Assembly: GCA_964501785.1 (NCBI GenBank)
Contig: CAZCUD010000007.1
Coordinates: 107,409-171,408, forward strand
Length of the DNA: 64,000 nucleotides
Source: an uncultured Bifidobacteriaceae bacterium
GTDB taxonomy: Bacteria; Actinomycetota; Acidimicrobiia; IMCC26256; PALSA-555
Direction: 5' to 3'
A program made the position numbers and the translations under genes. The notes beneath the pieces were generated by a model that worked only from the letters and a program-made list of their open reading frames with translations, did not search any database and was not told the origin of the DNA. This document shows, piece by piece, positions 8,942 to 20,262 of the stretch (the stretch's first letter is position 1; every line of letters begins with the position of its first letter).

Positions 8942-10302
8942 GTCAGGGCCAGACCGAGCACCGCCGCGGCTCCGACGTAGGAGGCGACGACGAGCGGTGG
9001 CCGGGCGGCGCCCGGCAGCATCCGCGTGGACACCAGCCCACCGACGGCGCCGGCCGCGAGCGCGGCCGCGGTGCCGCCTTCGGCACCCCACGCCGGGATG
9101 GTCGCGACCGCGACCGCCACGAACGCGACGATGCCGACGGACGCGCTCGCCAGCGCGACGACCGGCCGCAACCGAAGCGCCGAGGTCTGGGTGAGGAGCG
9201 AGGTCAGCGGTGCGAGCACGAGGAGCGCGAGCGCGGGGCCGAAGGCGGCCTCGGCCCCCGCGAAGTCCGACCCGAAGACCGCGGGGACGAGCTCGTCGAG
9301 TCCGACCGCGACGATGCCGAGCGCGGGGACCAGCACTGCGAGCGCGAGCCACGCGAGCCGGCGCAGGGTCGCCTCGCTCGAGGTCGTCGACCCGAGAGCG
9401 GTGGAGTGCTCGCTGAGGTGGGGGAGCGAGACCGTGAACGCCTGGAGGATCGCGTACGTCGCGCCCAGGACGATCCCGATCGGCAGCGCGGCGAAGCCGA
9501 CCTGGGTGGTCGTCGAGAGGAGCGCGACCGCCACGACACCACCTCGCTGCGCGACCTGCACGAGTGCCGCCGCGGCGGCCTGGAGCACGCCGAAGCGCAG
9601 CGCGCCGTCGGGCAGTGGGGCCCGCGGGTGACGACCTCCGGCGACGCGCGCGACGACCGCCGTCGCGAAGATCGCCGCGGCGACGGCCGACAGGAGGATC
9701 GCGACGAACGCGCCCGAGATCCCCATCGCCGGGTAGAGCGCGACGAGCCCGACGACGAGCACGCTGTTCTGGATCGGGAACCGGAGGCTCCACGCGACGG
9801 TTCGTCCGAGTCCGAGCGCGACCTGCAGCGCCAGGCTCGCCAGCACGTTCAGCGCGAACGCGAGCACGACCGCGAGGGCTTCGAGGGGGTCGAGGACGTC
9901 GGGGTCGGCCAGCGCGACGCCGAGCACCACGAAGGTGATGACGGCGACCTGGACCGTCCTGCCCCGGGCGAGGCGCAGCCCGATCGCGCGGGCGACCGCG
10001 ACGCGCTCGTGCGCCGGTGCCGCGGGGACGAACCGGGCCATGACGATCGGGCCCCCCAGGGTCAGCGCCAGCGCTCCCAGCGTCACCAGGGTGAGGGCGA
10101 CCGAGAACCGGCCGTAGTCGGTCGGGCCGAGCAGGCGGGGGACGACGGTCGCGAGCAGGACGAGGGTCGCGAGCTCGACCGTCTTGCCGACGACGCTGCC
10201 CGCGACCGCTCGGCGCAGCGCGTCGTTCGGCGGAGACGGTGGGGACGGAGGCGATGGCGACGCCGTGGGGGAGGTCGCCGGCTCGGGGGCGCTCGCCGAC
10301 AC
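8938..10302 (-). CDS. Polysaccharide/oligosaccharide flippase (MOP/Wzx-like) membrane protein
   Basis: About 12-14 hydrophobic helices over 455 aa, with an N-terminal Pro/Ser-rich tail. Start at GTG 10302 is provisional. Operonic with the GT2 gene. Confidence 0.6.
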   Translation of the reverse strand: MSASAPEPATSPTASPSPPSPPSPPNDALRRAVAGSVVGKTVELATLVLLATVVPRLLGPTDYGRFSVALTLVTLGALALTLGGPIVMARFVPAAPAHERVAVARAIGLRLARGRTVQVAVITFVVLGVALADPDVLDPLEALAVVLAFALNVLASLALQVALGLGRTVAWSLRFPIQNSVLVVGLVALYPAMGISGAFVAILLSAVAAAIFATAVVARVAGGRHPRAPLPDGALRFGVLQAAAAALVQVAQRGGVVAVALLSTTTQVGFAALPIGIVLGATYAILQAFTVSLPHLSEHSTALGSTTSSEATLRRLAWLALAVLVPALGIVAVGLDELVPAVFGSDFAGAEAAFGPALALLVLAPLTSLLTQTSALRLRPVVALASASVGIVAFVAVAVATIPAWGAEGGTAAALAAGAVGGLVSTRMLPGAARPPLVVASYVGAAAVLGLALT

Positions 10303-10392
10303 GCCCCGAGCGTAGGTGAGGTCACCCTGAGCACTCGGAGCCCGAGGCCCGGCCGTGGGTCGTGGGAGTCGTGCGGTCCGGGGGTTGTGCGA

Positions 10393-10408
10393 CCGAACAC
10401 CTGTTCGG
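10393..10408. promoter_or_regulatory. LexA (SOS) box upstream of imuA'
   Basis: Perfect palindrome CCGAAC-ACCT-GTTCGG matching the actinobacterial SOS consensus TCGAAC-N4-GTTCGA. It lies 13 nt upstream of the imuA' GTG. Confidence 0.8.
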
Positions 10409-10420
10409 TAGAACGGTGGC

Positions 10421-11092
10421 GTGAGCGCCGCACGGTCACTGCCCCGCCGGGACGCCGAGGCGAGGGCGCGCCTGCAGGCGGCTGCCGGGCTCGCCCGTCC
10501 GGTGACGCTGGCTCGCGAGCGCATCCTCCCCGTGTCCGGGCCGCTCGGCGCGCTGCTGCCCGAGGGCGGGATGCGACGGGGGACCGTGGTGTCGGTCGAG
10601 GGCACGGGGGCCACCGGCGCGACGTCCCTCGCCTTCGAGCTCGCGGCCGGGGCGACCGCGGCGGGCGAGTGGGCCGCGGTGGTCGACCTCCACGGCACCC
10701 TCGGGTTGGAGGCTGCCGCCGAGGCGGGCGTCGCGCTCGAGCGCTTCCCCATCGTCCGGTCCGTGCCCGCCGAGCGGTGGTCGACGGTGGTCGCCGCCCT
10801 GCTCGACGGCGTCACCCTGGTCGTCGCCGAGACCCCGCGTCACGCCCGCATCGGTGACGTCCGCCGACTCGTGGCACGCACGCGCGAGCGGGACGCGGTC
10901 CTCGTGGCCCTCCCCTCGCCGGGCACGACGTGGGCGGGTGACGCAGCGCTGCGTCTGGTGAGCGAGGGAGGCGCATGGGTGGGCGCGTCACATGGTGCGG
11001 GTCCCGTCACCGGACGTGACGTGCGAGTGCGGGTCGGCGGCAAGGGCGCAGCCGCGCGCACCCGGTCGGGAGCGCTCGCTCGCGCCGGGTGA
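10421..11092 (+). CDS. imuA: ImuA'-like SOS mutasome protein (RecA-fold, SulA-like)
   Basis: 223 aa. Pattern ILPVSGPLGALLPEGGMRRGTVVSVEG..GATSLAFELAAGATAAGEWAAVVD is typical of ImuA/ImuA'. Supported by its position before imuB and behind an SOS box. Confidence 0.75.
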   Translation: MSAARSLPRRDAEARARLQAAAGLARPVTLARERILPVSGPLGALLPEGGMRRGTVVSVEGTGATGATSLAFELAAGATAAGEWAAVVDLHGTLGLEAAAEAGVALERFPIVRSVPAERWSTVVAALLDGVTLVVAETPRHARIGDVRRLVARTRERDAVLVALPSPGTTWAGDAALRLVSEGGAWVGASHGAGPVTGRDVRVRVGGKGAAARTRSGALARAG

Positions 11093-11099
11093 CGTCGAC

Positions 11100-12740
11100 G
11101 TGACGCCGGCGGCACGCGAGCGCGCGCTCGTCCTCTGGTGCCCGGCCTGGGCGATCAGCACCGCGCGCCGCGCCGACGCGACGCTCGTGGACGTGCCGCT
11201 CGCGGTCGTCGAGCGTGGAGCGCGCGGCCTGGTGGTGTGCGCGGCGTCACCGGAGGCGCGCGCCGGCGACGTGACCATCGGGCTCCGGCGGCGCGAGGCC
11301 GAGGCGCGCTGTCCCGGCCTCGTCGTGCGCGAGCGTGACCCCGCGGCCGAGGCGCGGACGTTCGAGATGGTCGCCCGGGCGATGGAGCCCATCACCCCGG
11401 CCGTGGTGCTGGAGCGGCCCGGAGTGCTGTCGTTCCCGACTCGGGGCCCGTCGCGCTACTTCGGCGGCGACGAGCAGCTCGCCACTCGGGTGCTCGAGGC
11501 GGCTGCAGCCGTCGGCGTGCCCGACGCGCGCGTCGGCATCGCCGACACCGTCTTCGCCGCTCGCCTGGCCACCCGTGTCCCCGGGCCGGATCGGGTGCAG
11601 GTGGTCGCGACCGGCGCGACCGCGGCCTTCCTCGCGCCGTGGCCGGTCGGGGTGCTCGGGCGGGCGTCCGCCGATCGCCCCGACGAGGGTGAGGCCTTCG
11701 CCGACCTGCTCCGTCGCCTCGGGTTGCGGACCCTCGGTGACCTCGCCGCGCTGCCGGCACCCGCGGTCCTCGGACGCTTCGGCACCGACGGCGCACGAGC
11801 CCATCGCCTCGCGCGTGGCGAGCACGAGCTCGCCGTCCCGCCCGCCCCGCCACCACCCGACCTGGTGGAGACGTGCGAGCTCGACCCGCCGGCGACGCGG
11901 GTCGACGAGGCCGCGTTCGCGGCGAAGGGCCTCGCCGACCGTCTCGTCGAGCGGCTCGACTCGTTGGGGCTCGCGTGCGATCGCGTGGTGGTGGAAGCCG
12001 AGACGGAGCACGGTGAGCGCCACGCGCGCTGCTGGCGTCACGAGGGCGGGCTCACCGGAGCGGAGCTCGTCGCCCGGGTGCGCTGGCAGCTCGACGCCTG
12101 GCTCACCCGATCGAACAGCACGTCGGCCGACGAGCTCGCGGACGAGGCGACCGGTGGCCTGATCCTCCTGCGGCTCGCGCCCGACCGGGTGGTGCCCGCG
12201 TCGGCCCGGCAGCTCGGGTTCTGGGGCGGCGACGCCGCCGCGCACGACCGGGCCGCGCGCGTCCTCGCGCGGCTCCAGGGGATGTTCGGTCACGAGTCGG
12301 TGGTGACCGCCGTCGTGGGTGGGGGTCGATCGCCGAGCGAGCGGGTCCACTGGGTGCCCTGGGGCGAGCCGCGTGACGAGGCCACGCCGCCTCCCGCACC
12401 GTGGCCAGGCCGGATCCCCAGCCCGGCGCCCGCGCGTGTGCACTTCGCGCCGGTGCCGGCGGAGCTGCTCGACCGACGAGGTGCCGCGGTGCGCGTGTCG
12501 GCCCGGGGCGAGGCGTCGGCGGCACCGGCGGTGCTGCGCTGCGACGCGCTCCCTGGCGGTGGTGGCTCGGTCGTCGCGTGGGCGGGTCCCTGGCCGCACG
12601 ACCTGCGCTGGTGGGCCCGGGCGACGCGGCGGCGGCGCGCGCTCTGGCAGGTCGTCGTCACCCGTCCCGACGGCGACGACGTCGCCTGCCTCGTCGCGGT
12701 CGAAGGCGGGCGGGCCGCGCTCGAGGCGATCTACGACTGA
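11100..12740 (+). CDS. imuB: ImuB, Y-family polymerase-like mutasome subunit
   Basis: GTG 11100. ALVLWCPAWAI...LAVVERGARGLVVCAASPEARAGDVTIGLRRREAEARCPGLVV is a catalytically degenerate Y-family N-terminus. Follows imuA' by 8 nt. Confidence 0.8.
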   Translation: MTPAARERALVLWCPAWAISTARRADATLVDVPLAVVERGARGLVVCAASPEARAGDVTIGLRRREAEARCPGLVVRERDPAAEARTFEMVARAMEPITPAVVLERPGVLSFPTRGPSRYFGGDEQLATRVLEAAAAVGVPDARVGIADTVFAARLATRVPGPDRVQVVATGATAAFLAPWPVGVLGRASADRPDEGEAFADLLRRLGLRTLGDLAALPAPAVLGRFGTDGARAHRLARGEHELAVPPAPPPPDLVETCELDPPATRVDEAAFAAKGLADRLVERLDSLGLACDRVVVEAETEHGERHARCWRHEGGLTGAELVARVRWQLDAWLTRSNSTSADELADEATGGLILLRLAPDRVVPASARQLGFWGGDAAAHDRAARVLARLQGMFGHESVVTAVVGGGRSPSERVHWVPWGEPRDEATPPPAPWPGRIPSPAPARVHFAPVPAELLDRRGAAVRVSARGEASAAPAVLRCDALPGGGGSVVAWAGPWPHDLRWWARATRRRRALWQVVVTRPDGDDVACLVAVEGGRAALEAIYD

Positions 12741-12775
12741 CCGATCGATCGGTCGCGCGGCTACCTTCCGAGATC

Positions 12776-13096
12776 ATGAGCGCCCAGGGGACGATCGAGC
12801 TCGAGCGCACGAAGGCATGGACCGACAAGCTGCGTGCCTACAAGGTGACGGTCGACGGCGCCGAGGTCGGCACCATCAAGCAGGGGACGACCGAGTCGTT
12901 CACCGTCGCGCCGGGTGCGCACGAGGTGCAGCTCAAGATCGACTGGGCGCTCAGCCCGCCGCTGACCGTCGACGTCCCCGCCGGCGCCACGGTCGCGCTG
13001 ACCTGTCGGCCCCGCGCCAACGTGCTCACGATCCTCTGGTACTCGACGTTGGGGCGGAAGCACTACCTCCGGCTCGAGCCGGCTGCTTCGGCGTGA
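12776..13096 (+). CDS. Hypothetical 106-aa protein
   Basis: ATG 12776, 36 nt after imuB. High GC3. Its stop overlaps the next gene's GTG (GTGA). Predicted beta-rich; no recognisable motif. Confidence 0.55.
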   Translation: MSAQGTIELERTKAWTDKLRAYKVTVDGAEVGTIKQGTTESFTVAPGAHEVQLKIDWALSPPLTVDVPAGATVALTCRPRANVLTILWYSTLGRKHYLRLEPAASA

Positions 13097-14253
13097 GGCG
13101 CCGCCTCCCCCGATTCCTCGTCTGCGTCATCTTGGCCACCGTGGTCGCGGTCGTGGTCGCCGCGGCGCCCGTCGGTGCGGGATCGTCCGCCGGTGGGTCG
13201 GACGAGCGCCTCCAGCGCCGCCTCGACGACCTCGTCGCGGCCGACGGTGGGCCGCCGGGTGCGCTCGTCGTCGTGCAGCGCGGCAACGAGCAGCAGGTGT
13301 TCAGCGCCGGCGTCGCAGACCTGGCGACCGGTGCGCCGCTCGACCCGCACCAGCACCTGCGGGTCGCGAGCGTGGCGAAGGCGTTCTCGGGGGCGGCGGC
13401 GCTGGCGCTCGTCGACCAGGGGGTGCTGTCGCTCGACGACACGATCGCCCAGCGTCTGCCGCAGTACGAGAAGTGGGGCGAGGTGCGGCTGCGCGACCTC
13501 CTGGCGCACCGCAGCGGGGTTCCGAAGTTCATCACCCACCCGGCGTTCGCCGAGTCGGTGCAAGCGGCCCCGGAGACGCCCTTGCCGCCCGCCGAGCTCA
13601 TCTCGCCGGTCGGCGAGGCGCCGCTCGCGTTCGAGCCGGGCACCGAGTACCGCTACACGAACACCGACAACATCCTGGTCGGGCTCATGATCGAGCAGGC
13701 GACGGGCCGCCCGTACGAGGACGTCCTGCGCACCGAGGTCTACGAGCCGCTCGGGCTCACGCAGACCTCGCTGCCGAGGGGCGTCGAGCTGCCCGAGCCG
13801 TTCGTGCACGGATACGACGTCACCGATCCGGCGGCACCGGAGGACGTCAGCCTGCTGCTCGCCGCCGGCTGGGCGTGGGCGGCCGGAGGCATCGTGTCGA
13901 CGCCCGCCGAGATGGATCGCTTCGTCCGCGGCTACGTCGGCGGCGAGCTCTTCGGGCCGGAGCTCGTCGACGAGCAGCACGACGACCTGCGGAAGGGTCG
14001 ATCGGACCCGCCGGGTCCGGGCAAGAGCCGCGAGGGCATGGCGCTGTTCCGATACGACACGCGCTGCGGCACGGTCTACGGCCACACGGGCAACACGTTG
14101 GGCTACACCCACCTCGTGGCGGCGAGTCCCGACGGCGATCGCTCGGTCACCTTCTCGATCAACGCGCAGATCACGCCCGAGAGCAGCGACGTGTTCCCAC
14201 GCCTGCGCAAGGTGCAGGAGGCCGCGGTGTGCCTCGCGCTGGGTGACGAGTAG
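13093..14253 (+). CDS. Serine hydrolase, beta-lactamase / D-Ala-D-Ala carboxypeptidase (class C-like) family, secreted
   Basis: Signal sequence RRRLPRFLVCVILATVVAVVVAAAPVGAG. SxxK motif in LRVASVAKAF. YxN-like motif YRYTNTDN. HTG motif in GHTGNTLGYT. Confidence 0.85.
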   Translation: MRRRLPRFLVCVILATVVAVVVAAAPVGAGSSAGGSDERLQRRLDDLVAADGGPPGALVVVQRGNEQQVFSAGVADLATGAPLDPHQHLRVASVAKAFSGAAALALVDQGVLSLDDTIAQRLPQYEKWGEVRLRDLLAHRSGVPKFITHPAFAESVQAAPETPLPPAELISPVGEAPLAFEPGTEYRYTNTDNILVGLMIEQATGRPYEDVLRTEVYEPLGLTQTSLPRGVELPEPFVHGYDVTDPAAPEDVSLLLAAGWAWAAGGIVSTPAEMDRFVRGYVGGELFGPELVDEQHDDLRKGRSDPPGPGKSREGMALFRYDTRCGTVYGHTGNTLGYTHLVAASPDGDRSVTFSINAQITPESSDVFPRLRKVQEAAVCLALGDE

Positions 14254-15138
14254 TCAGCCCCGCGCGGCGCGCGAGAACGGGTAGGCCATCTGGCGCGAGT
14301 AGCTCGCCTCGGGCACCGGGTCGGTGATGCCGAACTCCGTCGCGTAGACGCCCTTGGGCAGGTACGCGGTGCCGAAGATCCTGTCGATCGCGGGGAGCCC
14401 GAAGTTCTTGTTCAGCGCCTCCGCGTGCGCGGAGTGGTGCCAGTGGTGCCACTGCGGCGTGTTGATCACCCATCGCAGGACGGGGAAGCGCAGCCGGACG
14501 TTGGCGTGCTGGAAGATCGCCAGCGCGGTGACGAACACCGCCGCGCCCGCGAAGACGCCGCCGTCGTAGCCGAGGACGACGAGCGGCACGAGGAAGAAGA
14601 CCTGGGTCATCGCCGAGTCGAACGGGTGCAGCCGACCGGCCGCGAGCCAGTCCATCTCCTCGATGCTGTGGTGCACCGCGTGGAAGCGCCAGAGGAACGG
14701 CACGGTGTGGCTGAGCCGGTGGCCCCAGTAGCTGCCGAGGAGCACGATGGCGATCGCGAGGGTGATCGACGCCGCTCCCGGGAGCTGACCCTCGAGATCG
14801 AGGGGTCGCAGCCAGATCAAAGGGAGCGCGATCGCGATCGCGAGGACGACGGCCATGACGGTCGAGACGGTGCCGTTCACCACGACGTGCGTCACGTCGG
14901 TGAGCCAGCCGCGCCGGAACGTCTTCTGTCGACGGAGCGCGAAGAGCTTCTCGAGCGGCACGAAGACCGCGAAGAGGAGCGCGATCCCCACGAGCACGCC
15001 GAGGCCGCGCAACGCGAGCCCCACGACGAGCGCCGCCGCGCTGAGGCCGAGGAACGCCCACCCGATCCAACGGCGATCGGTGGGGCCCGACGAGGCCGCG
15101 ACGGTCTCGGTGGCAGCCGCAGCGGATCCGATGGACAT
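14254..15138 (-). CDS. Sterol desaturase / fatty acid hydroxylase superfamily membrane protein
   Basis: Histidine boxes HRLSH, HAVHH and HHWHH. Four or more TM helices. Its stop abuts the stop of the convergent hydrolase gene. Confidence 0.85.
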   Translation of the reverse strand: MSIGSAAAATETVAASSGPTDRRWIGWAFLGLSAAALVVGLALRGLGVLVGIALLFAVFVPLEKLFALRRQKTFRRGWLTDVTHVVVNGTVSTVMAVVLAIAIALPLIWLRPLDLEGQLPGAASITLAIAIVLLGSYWGHRLSHTVPFLWRFHAVHHSIEEMDWLAAGRLHPFDSAMTQVFFLVPLVVLGYDGGVFAGAAVFVTALAIFQHANVRLRFPVLRWVINTPQWHHWHHSAHAEALNKNFGLPAIDRIFGTAYLPKGVYATEFGITDPVPEASYSRQMAYPFSRAARG

Positions 15139-15201
15139 GGATCCGGTGTACCCGCGCGACGTGAGGCGACGTCGCGACCTCCGCGAAGCCTCTGTGAAGG
15201 C

Positions 15202-15393
15202 TCAGCCGCCCCCGGTGCCTTCCCAGGCGCGCAAGGCCTCGTCCGACGCGCCCCAGTCGATCGGCGACTCGCAGCCCGGGCACTCCGGATCGGCATCCGT
15301 CACCTCGCTGCCGCAGTGCGCACAGCGCAGCGCGGGAGTGGGGTCGGTGGCGAAGACCACGGTCGTCCGGTCGAGCGGTGCGATGGCGGGCAC
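15202..15393 (-). CDS. Small zinc-ribbon protein (63 aa)
   Basis: CAHCGSEV...ECPGCES has two CxxC pairs. Near-saturated GC3 in this frame. GTG start. Divergent from dnaE2. Confidence 0.5.
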   Translation of the reverse strand: MPAIAPLDRTTVVFATDPTPALRCAHCGSEVTDADPECPGCESPIDWGASDEALRAWEGTGGG

Positions 15394-15507
15394 GGGCTCC
15401 CCTCCTGGTCGGCTGGGCGCAGTGTGCGCCGCGGCTCGGGCCGGCGCCCGGGCCGGAAGTCCCCTCGTCGACCGTCCGATGGCCCTCCGCGAGCCTCCCT
15501 TGCCGCA

Positions 15508-15523
15508 TCGAACACACGTTCGA
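15508..15523. promoter_or_regulatory. LexA (SOS) box upstream of dnaE2
   Basis: Perfect consensus TCGAAC-ACAC-GTTCGA, 17 nt upstream of the dnaE2 ATG. Confidence 0.85.
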
Positions 15524-15539
15524 TACGGTCGAGGGTCCG

Positions 15540-18827
<3,288 letters not shown>

Positions 18828-18840
18828 CCCTCATCGTTCT

Positions 18841-18879
18841 GGCGTCAGAAGACCCCGCTCGGGCGGGTCTGCTGACGCC
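18841..18879. terminator. Bidirectional terminator-like hairpin between dnaE2 and the convergent beta-helix gene
   Basis: ggcgtcagaagaccc / gggtctgctgacgcc forms a 15-bp stem with one mismatch and a 9-nt loop. It starts 14 nt after the dnaE2 stop. No U-tract. Confidence 0.55.
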
Positions 18880-18924
18880 GAAACGGTTGGTGGGCCGTGT
18901 TGCCGACGTGTGTGGGGGAGCGCG

Positions 18925-20118
18925 TCAGCCGGTGAAGGTGGGCTCGATGACGATCGGAGCGGGCGTCGGGCCGGGCGGGTCCGGCGGCACCGGGAACTGC
19001 AGCTCGACGGCGCCGATGTCGCACGCGCCGGTCGCCACGTCGGGGCGGGGTTCGCCGCGCTGGTCGGTCGTGACCGCGAACCCGGCGAGTGCGTCGCCGT
19101 CGCCGCACGCCGCGGCCGGGATGTCGCCGACGAGGCCGCTCGTCTCGGCCGGCAGCATCGTCGGGGTGGGGCCGCCGTTGTCGGCCAGCGCGCCGAGCTG
19201 CGGGTCGCCGGCGTCGGAGTGGTCGGTCGGCTGGTCGAAGCCGCACGTGCCGTCGTCGTCCCAGTTGTAGCCCGCCGAGGTCGTGACGCCGCCGATGCTG
19301 CAGTTCGTCCCCACGCCCAGCGGTTGCGCGATGACCGTCCCGAACGCCGCGAGGTCGCCGCTCCCCTGGAGGAAGACGTTCGCTCCGAGGTTGCCCGCGG
19401 TGTTGGCCACCACCGTCGAGTAGATCAGCCGGGCATCTTGGCCGCTGCCGACGAAGAGCCCACCGCCGTTGCCGACGGTCGCGGTGTTGCCGGTGATCGT
19501 GGAGTTGACGATCGTCGCGGTGCCGTTCACGAAGGCGCCCCCTGCGCTGAGGGCGGTGTTCCCGGAGATCGTGGAGTCGACGAGGAGCAGGGGGCCGTTG
19601 CTGACGCGGATGCCGGCGGCAGCGTCGCCGGTGGCCTCGTTGCCGCTGATCGTCGAGTCGGTGATCGTCGCGGACCCCTGCACGAAGATGCCGCCGCCCG
19701 CACCCGCGGGGCCGGCGTCGCCGCCGGTGATCGTCAGCCCGCTCATCGTGAACAAGGTGTTGGCGGTGTCGTTGATGACTCGCGCGTCGTCGAGGGTCTG
19801 GGTGATCGTGTTGCCGCCCCCGGTGAGCGTGAGCGTCTCGTCGGCACCGACGCCGCCGGTGTAGAGGAGCTCACCCGTGGTCAAGGTGATGTCGCCGACG
19901 TCGGCGGGGATGATGATCTCCACGTCGTCGTCGAGCGTGTTCGCGAGCGCGAACGCGTCGCGCAGGGAGCCACCGCCGGAATCGGCGTTGCTCGAGACCG
20001 TGATCGTGAGCAGCGCACCAGCGGAGGGCGCCGTCGTGACCGCGGCGGTGAGCGCGGCGGCCGCGAGGACGAGGCCGGCGAGGACGCCTGCGAACGTGCG
20101 AGGAAGAGAGAGGTCCAC
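18925..20118 (-). CDS. Secreted right-handed parallel beta-helix repeat protein (choice-of-anchor-Q-like) ending in VIEPTFTG
   Basis: Signal peptide MDLSLPRTFAGVLAGLVLAAAALTAAV. Repeats of the type TITDSTISGNEA / TIVNSTITGNTA. C-terminal module LADNGGPTPTMLP...DQRGEPRP...CDIGAVE, then a Pro-rich linker, then IVIEPTFTG-stop. Confidence 0.8.
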   Translation of the reverse strand: MDLSLPRTFAGVLAGLVLAAAALTAAVTTAPSAGALLTITVSSNADSGGGSLRDAFALANTLDDDVEIIIPADVGDITLTTGELLYTGGVGADETLTLTGGGNTITQTLDDARVINDTANTLFTMSGLTITGGDAGPAGAGGGIFVQGSATITDSTISGNEATGDAAAGIRVSNGPLLLVDSTISGNTALSAGGAFVNGTATIVNSTITGNTATVGNGGGLFVGSGQDARLIYSTVVANTAGNLGANVFLQGSGDLAAFGTVIAQPLGVGTNCSIGGVTTSAGYNWDDDGTCGFDQPTDHSDAGDPQLGALADNGGPTPTMLPAETSGLVGDIPAAACGDGDALAGFAVTTDQRGEPRPDVATGACDIGAVELQFPVPPDPPGPTPAPIVIEPTFTG

Positions 20119-20262
20119 CCGGCGCTCCTGTTCGATGCCCCGCCCGGATCAGGCATTGTCTAGCACCGCGGCGCCCCAGGAGGGCTGACCTAGGCTGGAC
20201 CGGTTCCCGAGAAGCCGTGAAGCCGTGATCGCCATGCGCAGCGAGCCCCCGAGTCCCGAGCA

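Noticed and set aside
12111-12126. An SOS-box-like sequence, TCGAACAGCACGTCGG, inside imuB.
   Set aside because: Only the left half-site matches. The right half (CGTCGG) departs from GTTCGA, and the site is intragenic.
18880-18927. Stop-codon readthrough after ...PTFTG (also at 49308..49430) that might add a hidden TM anchor to the tagged proteins.
   Set aside because: In-frame translation past both TGA codons yields hydrophilic, Arg/Pro-rich sequence with no hydrophobic helix before the next stop. The proteins really do end at Gly.
20119-20262. A possible Mg-sensing (M-box) riboswitch in the 144-nt leader of the MgtE-like operon.
   Set aside because: I could not find the conserved M-box core segments by eye, and the region is short for that fold. 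A covariance-model scan (Rfam RF00380) would be decisive; without it there is no support.
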